A stretch of DNA of 64,000 bases. Source: Myxococcota bacterium. GTDB lineage: Bacteria > Myxococcota_A > Polyangia > Nannocystales > Nannocystaceae. Numbering within the stretch: the stretch's first letter is position 1; the number at the start of each line of letters is the position of its first letter. A program made the translations under genes and the position numbers. The stretch covers positions 1 through 64,000 of the forward strand of contig JBCCHT010000037.1 of NCBI GenBank assembly GCA_039028615.1. The letters run 5' to 3'. The notes under the pieces are model-generated. The model was not told the origin of the DNA, ran no database searches, and worked only from the letters and a program-made list of their open reading frames with translations. Below, piece after piece: positions 1-12,295 of the stretch.

Positions 1-265
1 GCCCGGAAGCGCTCAATCCAGCCACCGGAGGAAACCCCTCACCGGTCCAGGCCATCGTGTACCAACCGGTGAGATCTTAAGCATATTATGGCTTCACGTC
101 ATCGCGATCTTTGGTGGGAAGCGGCGCGGTGCTGGCCCGCCAGCGCAACTTTCGTCCCGGGCGATCGGTACCATCATCTTTGGCATGCTCTGCAAAGCCC
201 CTACCAATCCGAAGCAACCGTCACTCGTTCCTGACAATCAAGCGTTGAATCACACCAAATAATGG

Positions 266-460
266 AAGAAGGCCGCGAAGAAGAAGGTGACCAAGAAGAA
301 GACGGCGCAGAAGAAGGCCGCGAAGAAGAAGGTGACCAAGAAGAAGACGGCGCAGAAGAAGGCCGCGAAGAAGAAGGTCGCCAAGAAGAAGACGGCGCAG
401 AAAAAGGCGGTGAAGAAGAAGGCCGCCAAGAAAAAAGCCGCGAAGAAGAAGACGGCTCAG
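266..460 (+). repeat. 45-bp tandem repeat (3 near-perfect copies plus a degenerate tail)
   Basis: AAGAAGGCCGCGAAGAAGAAGGTGACCAAGAAGAAGACGGCGCAG at 266-310 and 311-355 (identical) and at 356-400 (2 mismatches); degenerate copy 401-460. Confidence 0.9.
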
Positions 461-478
461 CGCAAGAGCAAGAAGTAA
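287..478 (+). CDS. Histone H1-like Lys/Ala-rich basic protein (start uncertain; frame is open from 263)
   Basis: Repeats of KKAAKKKVTKKKTAQ built from AAG/GCC/GCG codons; TAA at 476-478 followed by a terminator-like hairpin. The nearest ATG (262) is out of frame, so the GTG at 287 is used. Confidence 0.7.
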   Translation: MTKKKTAQKKAAKKKVTKKKTAQKKAAKKKVAKKKTAQKKAVKKKAAKKKAAKKKTAQRKSKK

Positions 479-522
479 GCCGCGCGGGTCGTAGGCGCCG
501 CGTCGCGGCGCCCGTTCCCAAG

Positions 523-569
523 ACCGCGACGGAGACGAGCCCGACTCGTTCCCGTCGCGGTTTTCGTTT
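523..569 (+). terminator. Rho-independent terminator-like hairpin
   Basis: ACCGCGACGG...ACGAG-CCCGA-CTCGT...CCGTCGCGGT followed by TTTCGTTT, between convergent genes. Confidence 0.65.
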
Positions 570-581
570 GTCGGACGGACG

Positions 582-2639
<2,058 letters not shown>

Positions 2640-2719
2640 GGGCTTGGACCCTCGAAGGTACCCTAATGCGAGCGCGGACGATCGACCGGAAGGACGGCTT
2701 GCGGTAGGCTGACCCTCGG

Positions 2720-4246
2720 ATGGATACCGTGCAGCTGCACCTCAATGGGGAAGCGCTCGAGGTCTCGGGGGTCAGCCCCACGATGACCTTGTTGGAGTAC
2801 CTGCGAGGCGAGCGAAGCCAATCCGGCACCAAGGAAGGCTGTGCCGAGGGCGATTGTGGGGCGTGCACGGTGGTGGTCATCGACCCCGAATCACCCGGCG
2901 GCCCACGTTTTCGCGCCGTGAACAGCTGTCTGCTGCTGTTGCCGCTGTTGCACGGGAAACACGTGTACACGGTCGAATCACTGCGTTCGGGCCCGCCCGC
3001 GCGACCTGGCGACGAGGGCTACCACCCGGTGCAAGAGGCCCTGGTGGCCAAGCTCGGTTCGCAATGCGGCTACTGCACGCCGGGGGTCATCATGTCGATG
3101 TTCGAGGCGTGTTATCGCGACGACCTCGACGCCCCGTGGAAGCTCGATGATCAGATGTGCGGCAACTTGTGTCGCTGCACGGGGTACCGACCGATTCGCG
3201 AGGCCACGGTGCAGATCGCCGGGAAGCGTCCCGACGACCGGTTCTCTGCCGCTCTCCAGGCGGCCGCCGATGGGCCACCCGCTCCCGCGCTCGCGTACCG
3301 CTACGAACCGCCCGCCGCCTCGGGGCATCGGCCACAGCGCTTTTGGATCCCGCGGACCTTCGACGAGTTGTTCGAGATTCGGGCCGAGCACCCTCAGGCG
3401 CGCCTGGTGGTGGGCGCGACCGATCTCGGGCTCGACGTGACCAAGCATGGCGAGCGCTTCGAGGCGATGATCTCGCTGCAGGGCATCGAGTCGCTGCGCA
3501 CGCTGACCCACGATGCGGGGCTCTGGAGCATCGGCGCGACGGTACGCCTGGCCGACCTCGAGGACGTCACCGATCACGCGCTGCCGCCCATCGCTCGCAT
3601 CTTGCGGTTCTTCGGTTCGCGACAGATCAAAAACGGCGCCACCGTGGGCGGCAACCTGTGCAACGCCTCGCCCATCGGTGACCTCGCGCCCGTGCTGCTG
3701 TCGCTCGGGGCCACCATGGTCATGCGCGGCTCCGCGGGGGAGCGCGAGGTGTCCATCGACGACTTCTTCGTCGGCTATCGCAAGACGGTGCTCACGGCCG
3801 ACGAGTTATTGGTTCGCGTCGAGCTTTCCGACCCTCCGCCCGAGGCCCGCATCGGCGCCTACAAGGTCTCCAAGCGCCGCGAGATGGACATCAGCGCGGT
3901 CGCGGCTGGGCTGCGCGTGGACGTGGTCGACGGCGTGGTGAAGGCGGCTCGCTTCGGCTTCGGGGGCATGGCCGCGACCCCGGCTCGGGCCTCGCAGGCC
4001 GAGGCGGCGGTGGTGGGGCAGGCGTGGTCGCAGCAGGCGTGCGAGGCGGCGGCGCGGGCCGTGGCGAACGACTTCACGCCCATGTCGGATCATCGCGGCT
4101 CGGCCTGGTACCGATCGACGGTCGCCGCGAATCTGTTGCGCGGGTTCTTTGCCGATACCGCGGAGCAACCGGTGCCCCGACTGCCCGACCGCCCCACGGG
4201 GACGTTGCTGGGGTCCACCACCCTCGCCACGGAGGCCCAGCCATGA
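2720..4246 (+). CDS. xdhA: Xanthine dehydrogenase small subunit (2x[2Fe-2S] + FAD)
   Basis: GTKEGCAEGDCGAC, SQCGYCTPG, GNLCRCTGYRPI, GGNLCNASPIGD, YKVSKRREMDIS. Confidence 0.93.
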   Translation: MDTVQLHLNGEALEVSGVSPTMTLLEYLRGERSQSGTKEGCAEGDCGACTVVVIDPESPGGPRFRAVNSCLLLLPLLHGKHVYTVESLRSGPPARPGDEGYHPVQEALVAKLGSQCGYCTPGVIMSMFEACYRDDLDAPWKLDDQMCGNLCRCTGYRPIREATVQIAGKRPDDRFSAALQAAADGPPAPALAYRYEPPAASGHRPQRFWIPRTFDELFEIRAEHPQARLVVGATDLGLDVTKHGERFEAMISLQGIESLRTLTHDAGLWSIGATVRLADLEDVTDHALPPIARILRFFGSRQIKNGATVGGNLCNASPIGDLAPVLLSLGATMVMRGSAGEREVSIDDFFVGYRKTVLTADELLVRVELSDPPPEARIGAYKVSKRREMDISAVAAGLRVDVVDGVVKAARFGFGGMAATPARASQAEAAVVGQAWSQQACEAAARAVANDFTPMSDHRGSAWYRSTVAANLLRGFFADTAEQPVPRLPDRPTGTLLGSTTLATEAQP

Positions 4247-6567
4247 AGAGCCCATCCGCGCCTCCGAGCCCGCTGCACCAGTCGACGATTCACGACAGCG
4301 GCCATCGACACACGTCGGGGCAGGCGCGCTACGTCGACGACTGGCCGCTGCCGCCGGGTACCGGTCACGGCTGGGTCGTCACCTCGCCGCATGCCCACGC
4401 AAAAATCCTGCGGCGCGACGCCACCGCGGCGCGGGCCCTGCCCGGCGTGCATGCGGTGCTGTTCGCCGATGCCGTCCCGGGCAACCCGCTCATCGGACCC
4501 ATCGTTCACGACGAGGAGCTGCTCGCCAGCGAACGGGTGCACTACGTCGGGCAGATCGTCGCGCTGGTGGTGGCCGAGGACCTGGCCACCGCTCGCGATG
4601 CGGCGGCGCAGCTGGTCATCGAGTACGAGCCGCTGCCCGCGGTGCACACCATCGACGAGGCGATCGAGCACGACCAGTACATCGGGCAGCCGCACGTCAT
4701 CGCCCGCGGGGATGTCGATGCGGCCCTGGCCGAGGCCACGATCCGCGTCACGGGCGAGGTCCGCTGCGGCGCCCAAGACCACTTCTATCTCGAGACGCAG
4801 GCCGGCCTGGCCTTCCCCGAGGAAGACGGCTGCTTCACCGTCCTGTCGTCGACCCAGCACCCCACCGAGGTGCAAAACGAAATCGCGGCGGTGCTGGGTG
4901 TCGGGGCCAACAAGGTGGTGTGCCAGGTGCCGCGCATGGGCGGTGGCTTCGGGGGCAAGGAGTCCCAGGCCACGCCCTTCGCCTGTCTCGCCGCGCTCGG
5001 GGCCCAGGTCACGGGGCGGCCGGTCAAGGTGTGGCTCAACCGCGAACGCGACATGCGGATCACGGGCAAGCGCCACCCCGTGCTCGGTCGCTACGACGCG
5101 GGCTTCGATGCCGAGGGCAACCTGCTGGCGCTGCGGGCCGAGGTGTTCAGCGACGGGGGCTTTTCGGCCGACCTGTCGCTGCCCGTGCTCGACCGGGCGC
5201 TGTTCCACCTCGACAACGCCTACTACGTGCCCGCGCTGCACTTCACCGGCCGAGCCTGTCGCACCAATCGCCCCTCGAATACCGCCTTCCGCGGCTTCGG
5301 TGGCCCGCAGGGCATGGTGGTGGTCGAAGAGGTCATGGCGCGCGCGGCCGAGCGCATGGGCGTGGACCCGGCACAGCTGCGGGCGCGCAACTACTATGGT
5401 GCCGCCCCGCGCGACCGGGCGCCCTACGGCCAAGAGGTCAAGGCCGAGCACAACCGCCTCGACCGCATCCACACCGAGCTGATGGCGAGCAGCGAGTACG
5501 CCGAGCGTCGGGCGTCCATCGAGGCGAGCCATGGCGACTCGCCGTGGATCAAGCGGGGCATCGGCTTCCAGCCGGTGAAGTTCGGCATCTCCTTCACCAA
5601 GAGCATCCTCAACCAGGCGGGGGCGCTGGTGTTGGTCTACGCCGACGGCACGGTGCAGCTGAACCACGGCGGCACCGAGATGGGGCAGGGGCTCCACACC
5701 AAGATGCTCACCGTGTGTGCCCACGAGCTCGGCGTGCCGACCTCGGCCATCCGGGTCATGGACACGGCCACCGACAAGGTGCCCAACACGTCGGCCACGG
5801 CGGCGAGCAGCGGCTCGGACCTCAACGGGCAGGCGGTCAAGGAGGCGTGCGAGATCCTCCGCGAGCGCCTGCGCGGGGTCGCGGCCGCGATGCTCGAGCT
5901 GTCGCAGGACGAGGCGACCGACCTTCGCTTCGCGGGCGGGGCGGTCACCCATCCCGCCAGTGCGCGCTCGCTGTCGTTTGCCGAGGTCGCCCAGCAGGCC
6001 TGGCTGACCCGCGTCTCGCTATCCTCGACCGGTTTTTATTGCACGCCGGGCGTCGGCTACGACCACGCCACCGGCTCGGGCACGCCCTTTTACTACTACG
6101 CGTACGGCGGGGTCGTGTGCGAGGTCGAGGTCAACGGGCTGACGGGAGAGCACCGCGTGTGCCGGGTCGACATCCTGCACGACGTGGGCACCTCGCTCGT
6201 CCCGAGCATCGATCGCGGCCAGGTCGAGGGTGGCTTCGTGCAGGGCATGGGCTGGCTGACCTGCGAAGAAGTGCTGACCACCGCCGACGGGCACCCGATC
6301 ACACTCGGTCCCTCGACCTACAAGATCCCGGCCATCGGTGACGTGCCGCTCGACTTTCGGGTCGAGCTGCTGCCTCGGGCGCCGCAGCCGGGGGTGATCC
6401 ACGGCAGCAAGGCGGTGGGCGAGCCTCCCTTCATGCTGTCGATCGGGGTGGTCACGGCGTTGCGTCACGCCATCGGAGGCTTCGGTCCGGGCGAAGTCGA
6501 GCTTGCCTTGCCGGCCACGCCCGAGGCGATCCTCCGCGCCGTCGAGGCCCAAAAAACCCCGACGTAG
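4243..6567 (+). CDS. xdhB: Xanthine dehydrogenase molybdopterin-binding subunit
   Basis: QDHFYLE, MGGGFGGKESQ, AFRGFGGPQG, GTEMGQGLHTK, SKAVGEPP (catalytic Glu). ATG at 4243 overlaps the xdhA stop (ATGA), with GGAGG upstream. Confidence 0.93.
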   Translation: MKSPSAPPSPLHQSTIHDSGHRHTSGQARYVDDWPLPPGTGHGWVVTSPHAHAKILRRDATAARALPGVHAVLFADAVPGNPLIGPIVHDEELLASERVHYVGQIVALVVAEDLATARDAAAQLVIEYEPLPAVHTIDEAIEHDQYIGQPHVIARGDVDAALAEATIRVTGEVRCGAQDHFYLETQAGLAFPEEDGCFTVLSSTQHPTEVQNEIAAVLGVGANKVVCQVPRMGGGFGGKESQATPFACLAALGAQVTGRPVKVWLNRERDMRITGKRHPVLGRYDAGFDAEGNLLALRAEVFSDGGFSADLSLPVLDRALFHLDNAYYVPALHFTGRACRTNRPSNTAFRGFGGPQGMVVVEEVMARAAERMGVDPAQLRARNYYGAAPRDRAPYGQEVKAEHNRLDRIHTELMASSEYAERRASIEASHGDSPWIKRGIGFQPVKFGISFTKSILNQAGALVLVYADGTVQLNHGGTEMGQGLHTKMLTVCAHELGVPTSAIRVMDTATDKVPNTSATAASSGSDLNGQAVKEACEILRERLRGVAAAMLELSQDEATDLRFAGGAVTHPASARSLSFAEVAQQAWLTRVSLSSTGFYCTPGVGYDHATGSGTPFYYYAYGGVVCEVEVNGLTGEHRVCRVDILHDVGTSLVPSIDRGQVEGGFVQGMGWLTCEEVLTTADGHPITLGPSTYKIPAIGDVPLDFRVELLPRAPQPGVIHGSKAVGEPPFMLSIGVVTALRHAIGGFGPGEVELALPATPEAILRAVEAQKTPT

Positions 6568-6853
6568 GCTGGTTGCTCACCCGCCGTGCGGGCGTCGTGG
6601 CGTCGGTCCAAACGGGCCGGGCCCGGCGCGACACCGGTGGGAGAGGGCAGGGCGGTGGCATCGGGCCACGGGGCGCCGGGACAGCGGGCCGAGACCCGGG
6701 GATCGCGAGCGGGCCTGCGCGGCATCCTGGCCGCGAATGGGGCCAAACGCGGCCTCAGCGTGCCCGGAGCGCCGAATCACGACGGCCGGCCGTTGTGACG
6801 GCGTGCATCGGATCGTGGAATCAAAACGGTGGGTGCTCTAGACTCCGTGCCCG

Positions 6854-8428
6854 ATGTCGCAGCCCCTGCTCGAACCGGTCACCGCCGGTCAGACGCGGTT
6901 TCGCATGCAGGGCCTGTCGCCGGATGCACGCGGGATCGCGGTCGGTCGCGAGGTCCTGGTGACCTTCCCGTCCATCGACTGGATGGTCGCCTTTTTGGGG
7001 GCCTACAGCGATGAGGCCAACCTCGACGACCTGCTGCCCACCATGACCCTCGAGCACGCGCGGCGCCACGAAGGCGGCCACGTGCTGTTGCTGCGATGCG
7101 CGGCGGGGGATGGCTATGCCGTCGATCGCCTGGGTCGTCTGGCGGGGGCCACCCGCGGTCAGATCTATACGGGCGGCGGCTCGGTGTTCGTGCGCTGGCG
7201 CCAGCGCGACGCACCCTTCGGCTACGACCTGGTCTCGCCGCAGGCCCCCGAGGGCGAAGAGGTGCAGGTCATCGACCGCGACTACGCCTCGGCCTACACC
7301 ACCGTCGACCGCATGGATCCGGTCGAGCTGATCCAGCGCTTGCAGCTGCGTCAGGTGCCGCTGCCCATGGCGGGCATCGCCGCCGATCCCGACCAGTGCG
7401 GCCTCAAGGACCTGGCCTTGGCCCTGGTGAGCCCGGGCATCGCCTCTCGCGTGCTGCGGCACCTTTGGCGGCTCGAGACCAACTTCGCCGGCTACTACGT
7501 GCAGCTCGACGACGACGATCGGGCGAGCCTGTTACTGCGCATTCGCCAGCCGCTGGGGCGCGTGCTCGACCTGCTGCACGGCACCCCGGGCGTGGAGCTG
7601 ATGGCCCCCGTGTCGTCGCGGGCGGCGGTCGAGGTCGGCTATCGCCACCCCATCGCGCTGGGGTCGGCCTCGGCCTGCCTGCCCGGCGAAGAGATGTTCC
7701 TGTTCCGCGGCAAGGTCGGCCGAGTCGAGCGACTGCCCGGCCCGCCGCGATTCGTCGACGGCCGCCACCTGGTCGAGGCCACGGGCTCGGCCAACCTGCG
7801 CGACCCCGGTCAGCTACGCGAGGCGGACCTCGTGCCCCTGCAGGTCGAGCTGCAGGTGCGACCCGCCTCGAATCCGCGGGAGCCTCGGGCCACGCTCATC
7901 GCCTGGGAGCAGGTCGGCCTGCTGCGGCACCTGGTGTACCTGGTGCCGCCCAGTGCTCTGGCCGCATCGCGCGTGGTACCGCTGGCGGAAGGCGTGGTGG
8001 TCATCACCGGGTCGTCCATCGGCGGGCGTGCTCGGGCGGCGGGGGCCGGCATCGGAGCCGGGGCCATCGTGCCGCTGGGGCGTCGCATGGGCGAGGTGGC
8101 TCCGGGCGTCCTGGTGCCCGATGGCTACGAGCTGTGGCCGCGCGTGCGCCCCACCTTGATGCGAGAGCTGCTGGGGCTCGGTTCCGAGGACCACGCCATC
8201 TTCTTGCGCGCCGACGCCGACCCCATCCGGGTGACCCCCGAGCAGCTGCAGCCGCTCGACGCGGCGCTCATCGGTCGGCTCCAGCTCGACGACGCGGTAC
8301 CGATCGATCCGCAGGTGCCCGCCCTCGAGCCCGGGCGCATTCAAAACCGCAAGCTCGGTCGCTTTGCGCTGTGGGGCTACGGGCGCGCGCCCAAACCTTC
8401 CGACGACGGTCCGGGGCCCGGTCAGTAG
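6854..8428 (+). CDS. Hypothetical protein (524 aa), first gene of the MoxR/vWA operon; tentatively resembles ternary-conflict-system accessory domains
   Basis: Long ORF with high-GC codon bias and globular composition (e.g. VELMAPVSSRAAVEVGYRHPI, VLVPDGYELWPRVRP); 7 bp from the next ATG. Confidence 0.75.
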   Translation: MSQPLLEPVTAGQTRFRMQGLSPDARGIAVGREVLVTFPSIDWMVAFLGAYSDEANLDDLLPTMTLEHARRHEGGHVLLLRCAAGDGYAVDRLGRLAGATRGQIYTGGGSVFVRWRQRDAPFGYDLVSPQAPEGEEVQVIDRDYASAYTTVDRMDPVELIQRLQLRQVPLPMAGIAADPDQCGLKDLALALVSPGIASRVLRHLWRLETNFAGYYVQLDDDDRASLLLRIRQPLGRVLDLLHGTPGVELMAPVSSRAAVEVGYRHPIALGSASACLPGEEMFLFRGKVGRVERLPGPPRFVDGRHLVEATGSANLRDPGQLREADLVPLQVELQVRPASNPREPRATLIAWEQVGLLRHLVYLVPPSALAASRVVPLAEGVVVITGSSIGGRARAAGAGIGAGAIVPLGRRMGEVAPGVLVPDGYELWPRVRPTLMRELLGLGSEDHAIFLRADADPIRVTPEQLQPLDAALIGRLQLDDAVPIDPQVPALEPGRIQNRKLGRFALWGYGRAPKPSDDGPGPGQ

Positions 8429-8435
8429 GCGCCCA

Positions 8436-9626
8436 ATGGCCCGCAGCCTCCCCGAATTCGTCGAGGAATTCGTCGAGCCCCTGCTCGGCGGAGGCCAGCT
8501 CACGGTGGGCCCGCCGTTTCGGCTGCGCGACAGGGCCATGATGAGCGAGCAGACGGGCACCTTGCTCGACGACTCGCTCCGCTTGCTTCGCCTGCGGCGG
8601 GCCCAGAGCCTGGTGGCCAACCCCAGCCTGCCCGACCCCGACGAAGACGAGCTCAGCCTGTGGATCGGCCTGCACAACACGCTGGTCTTCGACCATCCCG
8701 ATCGCGATCGGGTGTGGTCTCGGGCCGCGACCTGGCGCCGCGTCGAAGGGGCGACCCGCAGCATGTTGACCTTGCCCAGCCCCACCAAGGCCGACGACGC
8801 CATCGCGCGGCACGTGTCGGTGGGGGCCGCCATCGACCTGATGCGTCACGACCTGGTGGTGCGCACGGCGGCGGGTGAGCTGCGCTTGCCGGGACAAGAG
8901 CTGTCGCGTCGCGGCGCCCGAGCGGTGGTCCCCGGCGACGGCATCGTGCACGAGCACGTGGCGTGGATCGAACAGCCGCACGCCCCCGAGGCCGAGCGCC
9001 TGCTCGAAGATGCCCTGCGCGCGTCGCCGCTGACCTGCGTGCTGCAGCCGCTGCTGGCTCCCGCCGGGTGGTCTCCGCTCTCGGCCGCCGAGGCGTTCAC
9101 CGATCGGGCGTTGGTGCGCGCGATCTGCCACTGCTGGGCGCGGCAGCGCGACTGGGTGGCGGTGGGCGGGGCAGTCGCGGGGGCGCTGCTGCCTTCGGTG
9201 CCCGGCGCCGCGGGTGAGGATCCTGCCCCCGAGTCCGCCGAGGGCGCGCCGCTGGCCTTGCCCGGGGCCGTGCTCCCCACCGACCCCCGCGTGCTCAGCG
9301 GGGTCGTCGGCGCCCTGGTCCACCTGCACTTCCTCAAGGTCGTCGAACTCGATGCTCGACTCGGCGTGGCCGCGGTCAGCCGAGACCCGGGCGTGACGAC
9401 CTTCTTGGCCCTTCCGCTCCTGCTCCCCGAGCTCCAGGCGACGATGGGTGCTCCGCTGGGCGGGCTGGAATCGACCGAGGGCGGCCGGGCCGGACGTGAC
9501 CACGTCGATGCGCCCCTCGTGCGCCGCTGGACCGAATACCTCGATCACCTCCAAGAGCTCGTGCCCCGCAGCGCCGTCGACAAACTGCTGGCGAGCCTCA
9601 TACCCCGGATCGTACAAACACCGTGA
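8436..9626 (+). CDS. Hypothetical protein (396 aa), second gene of the MoxR/vWA operon
   Basis: ATG at 8436; helical, Leu/Ala-rich; stop overlaps the start of the AAA ATPase (GTGA). Confidence 0.75.
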   Translation: MARSLPEFVEEFVEPLLGGGQLTVGPPFRLRDRAMMSEQTGTLLDDSLRLLRLRRAQSLVANPSLPDPDEDELSLWIGLHNTLVFDHPDRDRVWSRAATWRRVEGATRSMLTLPSPTKADDAIARHVSVGAAIDLMRHDLVVRTAAGELRLPGQELSRRGARAVVPGDGIVHEHVAWIEQPHAPEAERLLEDALRASPLTCVLQPLLAPAGWSPLSAAEAFTDRALVRAICHCWARQRDWVAVGGAVAGALLPSVPGAAGEDPAPESAEGAPLALPGAVLPTDPRVLSGVVGALVHLHFLKVVELDARLGVAAVSRDPGVTTFLALPLLLPELQATMGAPLGGLESTEGGRAGRDHVDAPLVRRWTEYLDHLQELVPRSAVDKLLASLIPRIVQTP

Positions 9627-10831
9627 CCATGGCCGCTCCCGCCAACGCTCCCACACCCGACGCCGGTGTGGCCGACCTCTCCCGCCGCCTCCAGGAGGGC
9701 GCCCGCCAGCTCCAGGCCCAGTTCTTGGGCAAGGAAGAGATCATCCGGCTGCTGTTCATCAGCGCGGTGGCGGGCGAGCACCTGGTGATGGTGGGTCCGC
9801 CCGGCACCGCCAAGAGTGCCCTTTTGCGGGGCTTCGCCCAGATCATCGAGGCGCAGTACTTCGACTACCTGCTGACCCGCTTCACCGAGCCCAACGAGAT
9901 CTTCGGCCCGGTCGACATCCAGGCCTTCCGCGACGGCTCCTATCGCCGCCGCGTCGAGGGCATGCTGCCCGAGGCCGAGGTCATCTTCCTCGACGAGATC
10001 TTCAAGGCCAACAGCGCCATCCTCAACAGCCTGCTGACCCTGCTCAACTCGCGCCGCTACACCCACGGCAACGAGACCATGCGGGTGCCGCTCATCTCGA
10101 TGTTCGCGGCCAGCAACGAGGTCCCCAGCGACGACGCCCTGTCGGCGCTCTTCGACCGCTTCCTGCTGCGGGTACGCGTCGACTATCTCGACAGCTATCA
10201 CTTCCGCGGACTGCTGCAAAAAGGCATCGAGCTGGAGGCCTCGGGCATGAACCCCGACGCGGCCCCGCTGAAGCCGGTCATCACCGCGACCGAGCTGCGC
10301 GACCTGCAGCGCCGCTTCGCCACGCTGCTCGAGTTCGGCGAGGACTTCCTGGCCACCTTCAAGGGCTTGGTGTTCCAGATCCGCTCCGAGGGCATCGGCC
10401 TGTCCGACCGCCGGATCGTCAAAATGCTCAAGCTCTTCGCCGCCTCGGCCGTGTTCGACGGGCGCTCGCAGGTCAACGACTCCGACCTGTTCGTACTGCG
10501 CCACGTGTGGAACACCCCCGAGCAGCAGGAAATCCTGCAAGAGGTCGTCGGCCCCGTGCTCGACCAGTGGTACGAGCAACACCCCGACCAGGCCCGCATC
10601 GGCGCCACCCCGACCAACCTCAGCGACCTGCTCGAGGAACTCCGCATCATCCGCGAGACGCTCACCGGCTCCGAGGTGCTCTCCGACATGCAGCTGTTCA
10701 GCCAGCTGCGCAACTTGGGCGACATCAAGGCCGCGCTCATGCGCATGCCCGACAACGCCACCGCCCAGCGCATGGTGGGCGAGGTCGACAAGCTGCTGGA
10801 GACGATGTTCGCCTCGAGTCGCTTCGTATGA
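9623..10831 (+). CDS. MoxR-family AAA+ ATPase, RavA-like
   Basis: Walker A GPPGTAKS, RavA-type LLTRFTEPNEIFGP, Walker B IFLDEIFKANSAILNSLL, sensor ASNE, ALFDRFLLR, lid motif LSDRRIVK. Start is GTG 9623 or ATG 9629. Confidence 0.92.
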   Translation: MTMAAPANAPTPDAGVADLSRRLQEGARQLQAQFLGKEEIIRLLFISAVAGEHLVMVGPPGTAKSALLRGFAQIIEAQYFDYLLTRFTEPNEIFGPVDIQAFRDGSYRRRVEGMLPEAEVIFLDEIFKANSAILNSLLTLLNSRRYTHGNETMRVPLISMFAASNEVPSDDALSALFDRFLLRVRVDYLDSYHFRGLLQKGIELEASGMNPDAAPLKPVITATELRDLQRRFATLLEFGEDFLATFKGLVFQIRSEGIGLSDRRIVKMLKLFAASAVFDGRSQVNDSDLFVLRHVWNTPEQQEILQEVVGPVLDQWYEQHPDQARIGATPTNLSDLLEELRIIRETLTGSEVLSDMQLFSQLRNLGDIKAALMRMPDNATAQRMVGEVDKLLETMFASSRFV

Positions 10832-10843
10832 TGGGAGCACCCG

Positions 10844-12295
10844 GTGGCCGAGCGTAGCGAAGGCACCAGCTCCGCCCAGTTCGAGCGACAGGTGGGCACC
10901 ATGGCCCTGTCCCAGCTCGAGGGGGCAGGGGCGCTCGCCATGATGCGGGCGGTGGCCTGGCACAACGCCCTGGCGCGGCTGGGCTACGCGGTGCCGCTGG
11001 TGGTCGTGCACGACCTCGGGTGCCTCGTCGCCGGCCTCGGGCGCCCCGCCAATCAGCTCCGTGGGCTCGGGGATCCCGACATCGGCGAGGGCTGGCGGCG
11101 GCTGCTCGTCGAGCTGGCCGACGCCGAGCTCGTGCGCAGCCAGGCCGGCTGGAAGCACCGCGACCCCATGGTCGGCGTGGTGCTGGCTCGCATCATCTCG
11201 AGCATCGTGCCGCAGCTGCCCGAAGAGGTGCGGGTGCTTCGGCCGAGCATGCTGCCCGTCGACGTGGTGCAGTACACCCGGGTCGAGCCCAACTCCGCGT
11301 TCAACCGCTACGACCAGTCGGTGGCCACCGCGTGGCTGCGGGGCATGCAAGAGCACCGCTTGCTCGCCATCCTCGAGGTGGAGCAGATCGACCTCGATGC
11401 CCTGCGCTTGCTCGGCCTGTTCCGCGGCGGCGATGCGCTGCCCGGGGTCGACCTCGCCGACCTGTACAACGTCATCATCAGCCCCTCGCTGGCCGACGTC
11501 ATCGACTTCTCGATGGAGCTTCTGCCCTCCATCCTCGAGGCCAAGCGCGAGGCGGGGCAGCAGTCGTTTTCCATCGACGGCTACGCCTCCATCGAGCGGC
11601 GCGGCAACATCGACGACCTCGTCCTGACCCAGCTGGCCTACGACAACGACGTCTTCGAGCAGAAGCTCGTCGACCGCGAGCTGTTTTACTTCACCCACGA
11701 AAAGCAGCTCGAGAACGAGCGGCGCACCCACCAGGTGCTGGTCGACGGCAGCGCCTCCATGCGAGGCGTCCGCGAGGTCTTCGCTCGCGGCCTGGCCCTG
11801 GCCTTGTGCAAGCGCCTGGCCTTGCTGGGCGAAGACGTGGTCCTGCGTTTCTTCGACAGTCGGCTCTACGAGGGGGTCAAGGTCAGCGGTACGGGCAGCG
11901 CCGAGGTCCCCTATGCGCTGCAGTTTCGGGCCGAGCGGGGCCGCAACTACGCCCGGGTCATTCGCCAGCTCAACTCCGAGCTCAACCAGCCGCGCCGCCG
12001 TGAAGGCCAGTCGCTGGTGTATCTGCTGACGCACGGCGAGTGCCAGCTGCCGCCCGACGACGTGCAGCAGCTCGCCACGCGGGCGCCCATCTACGGGGTC
12101 TACATCCTGCCCAGCGGGCCGCTGGAGCTGCCCTATCTCGAGAGCCTGCACCGCATCCACGTCATCGATGCCGAGGCGATCAGCCACGGTCGCCGGGCCC
12201 ACAAGGCGCGTCAGATCCTCGACGAGGTGCAGGGCGACCTCCAGGGCCGGGGCACGCGTGAACGCAGCGGAGCCCGCTCGGGGAGGCGCTCGTGA
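10844..12295 (+). CDS. von Willebrand factor A domain protein (MoxR partner; helical N-terminus, C-terminal vWA)
   Basis: VLVDGSASM (DxSxS) at ~11744; vWA-like strands VVLRFFDS, VYLLTHGE, IYGVYI; GGGAG upstream of the GTG start. Confidence 0.85.
   Translation: MAERSEGTSSAQFERQVGTMALSQLEGAGALAMMRAVAWHNALARLGYAVPLVVVHDLGCLVAGLGRPANQLRGLGDPDIGEGWRRLLVELADAELVRSQAGWKHRDPMVGVVLARIISSIVPQLPEEVRVLRPSMLPVDVVQYTRVEPNSAFNRYDQSVATAWLRGMQEHRLLAILEVEQIDLDALRLLGLFRGGDALPGVDLADLYNVIISPSLADVIDFSMELLPSILEAKREAGQQSFSIDGYASIERRGNIDDLVLTQLAYDNDVFEQKLVDRELFYFTHEKQLENERRTHQVLVDGSASMRGVREVFARGLALALCKRLALLGEDVVLRFFDSRLYEGVKVSGTGSAEVPYALQFRAERGRNYARVIRQLNSELNQPRRREGQSLVYLLTHGECQLPPDDVQQLATRAPIYGVYILPSGPLELPYLESLHRIHVIDAEAISHGRRAHKARQILDEVQGDLQGRGTRERSGARSGRRS

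Noticed and set aside
38..73. 9-bp inverted repeat CTCACCGGT/ACCGGTGAG
   Set aside because: Short and GC-rich, with context cut off by the window edge; no function can be supported.
70..96. dif-like site (…CTTAA GCATA TTATGG…)
   Set aside because: The spacer is 5 bp rather than 6 and the XerD arm matches poorly beyond TTATG.
181..194. Sigma54 promoter (TGGCATGCTCTGCA)
   Set aside because: GG-to-GC spacing is 8 nt rather than the required 10.
266..460. CRISPR array
   Set aside because: The repeats are contiguous with no unique spacers, they are coding, and no cas genes are present.
6568..6853. Additional small gene or mobile-element end upstream of the MoxR operon
   Set aside because: The ORFs here are Arg/Gly-rich with no coding signature, and no terminal repeats or target duplications were recognised.
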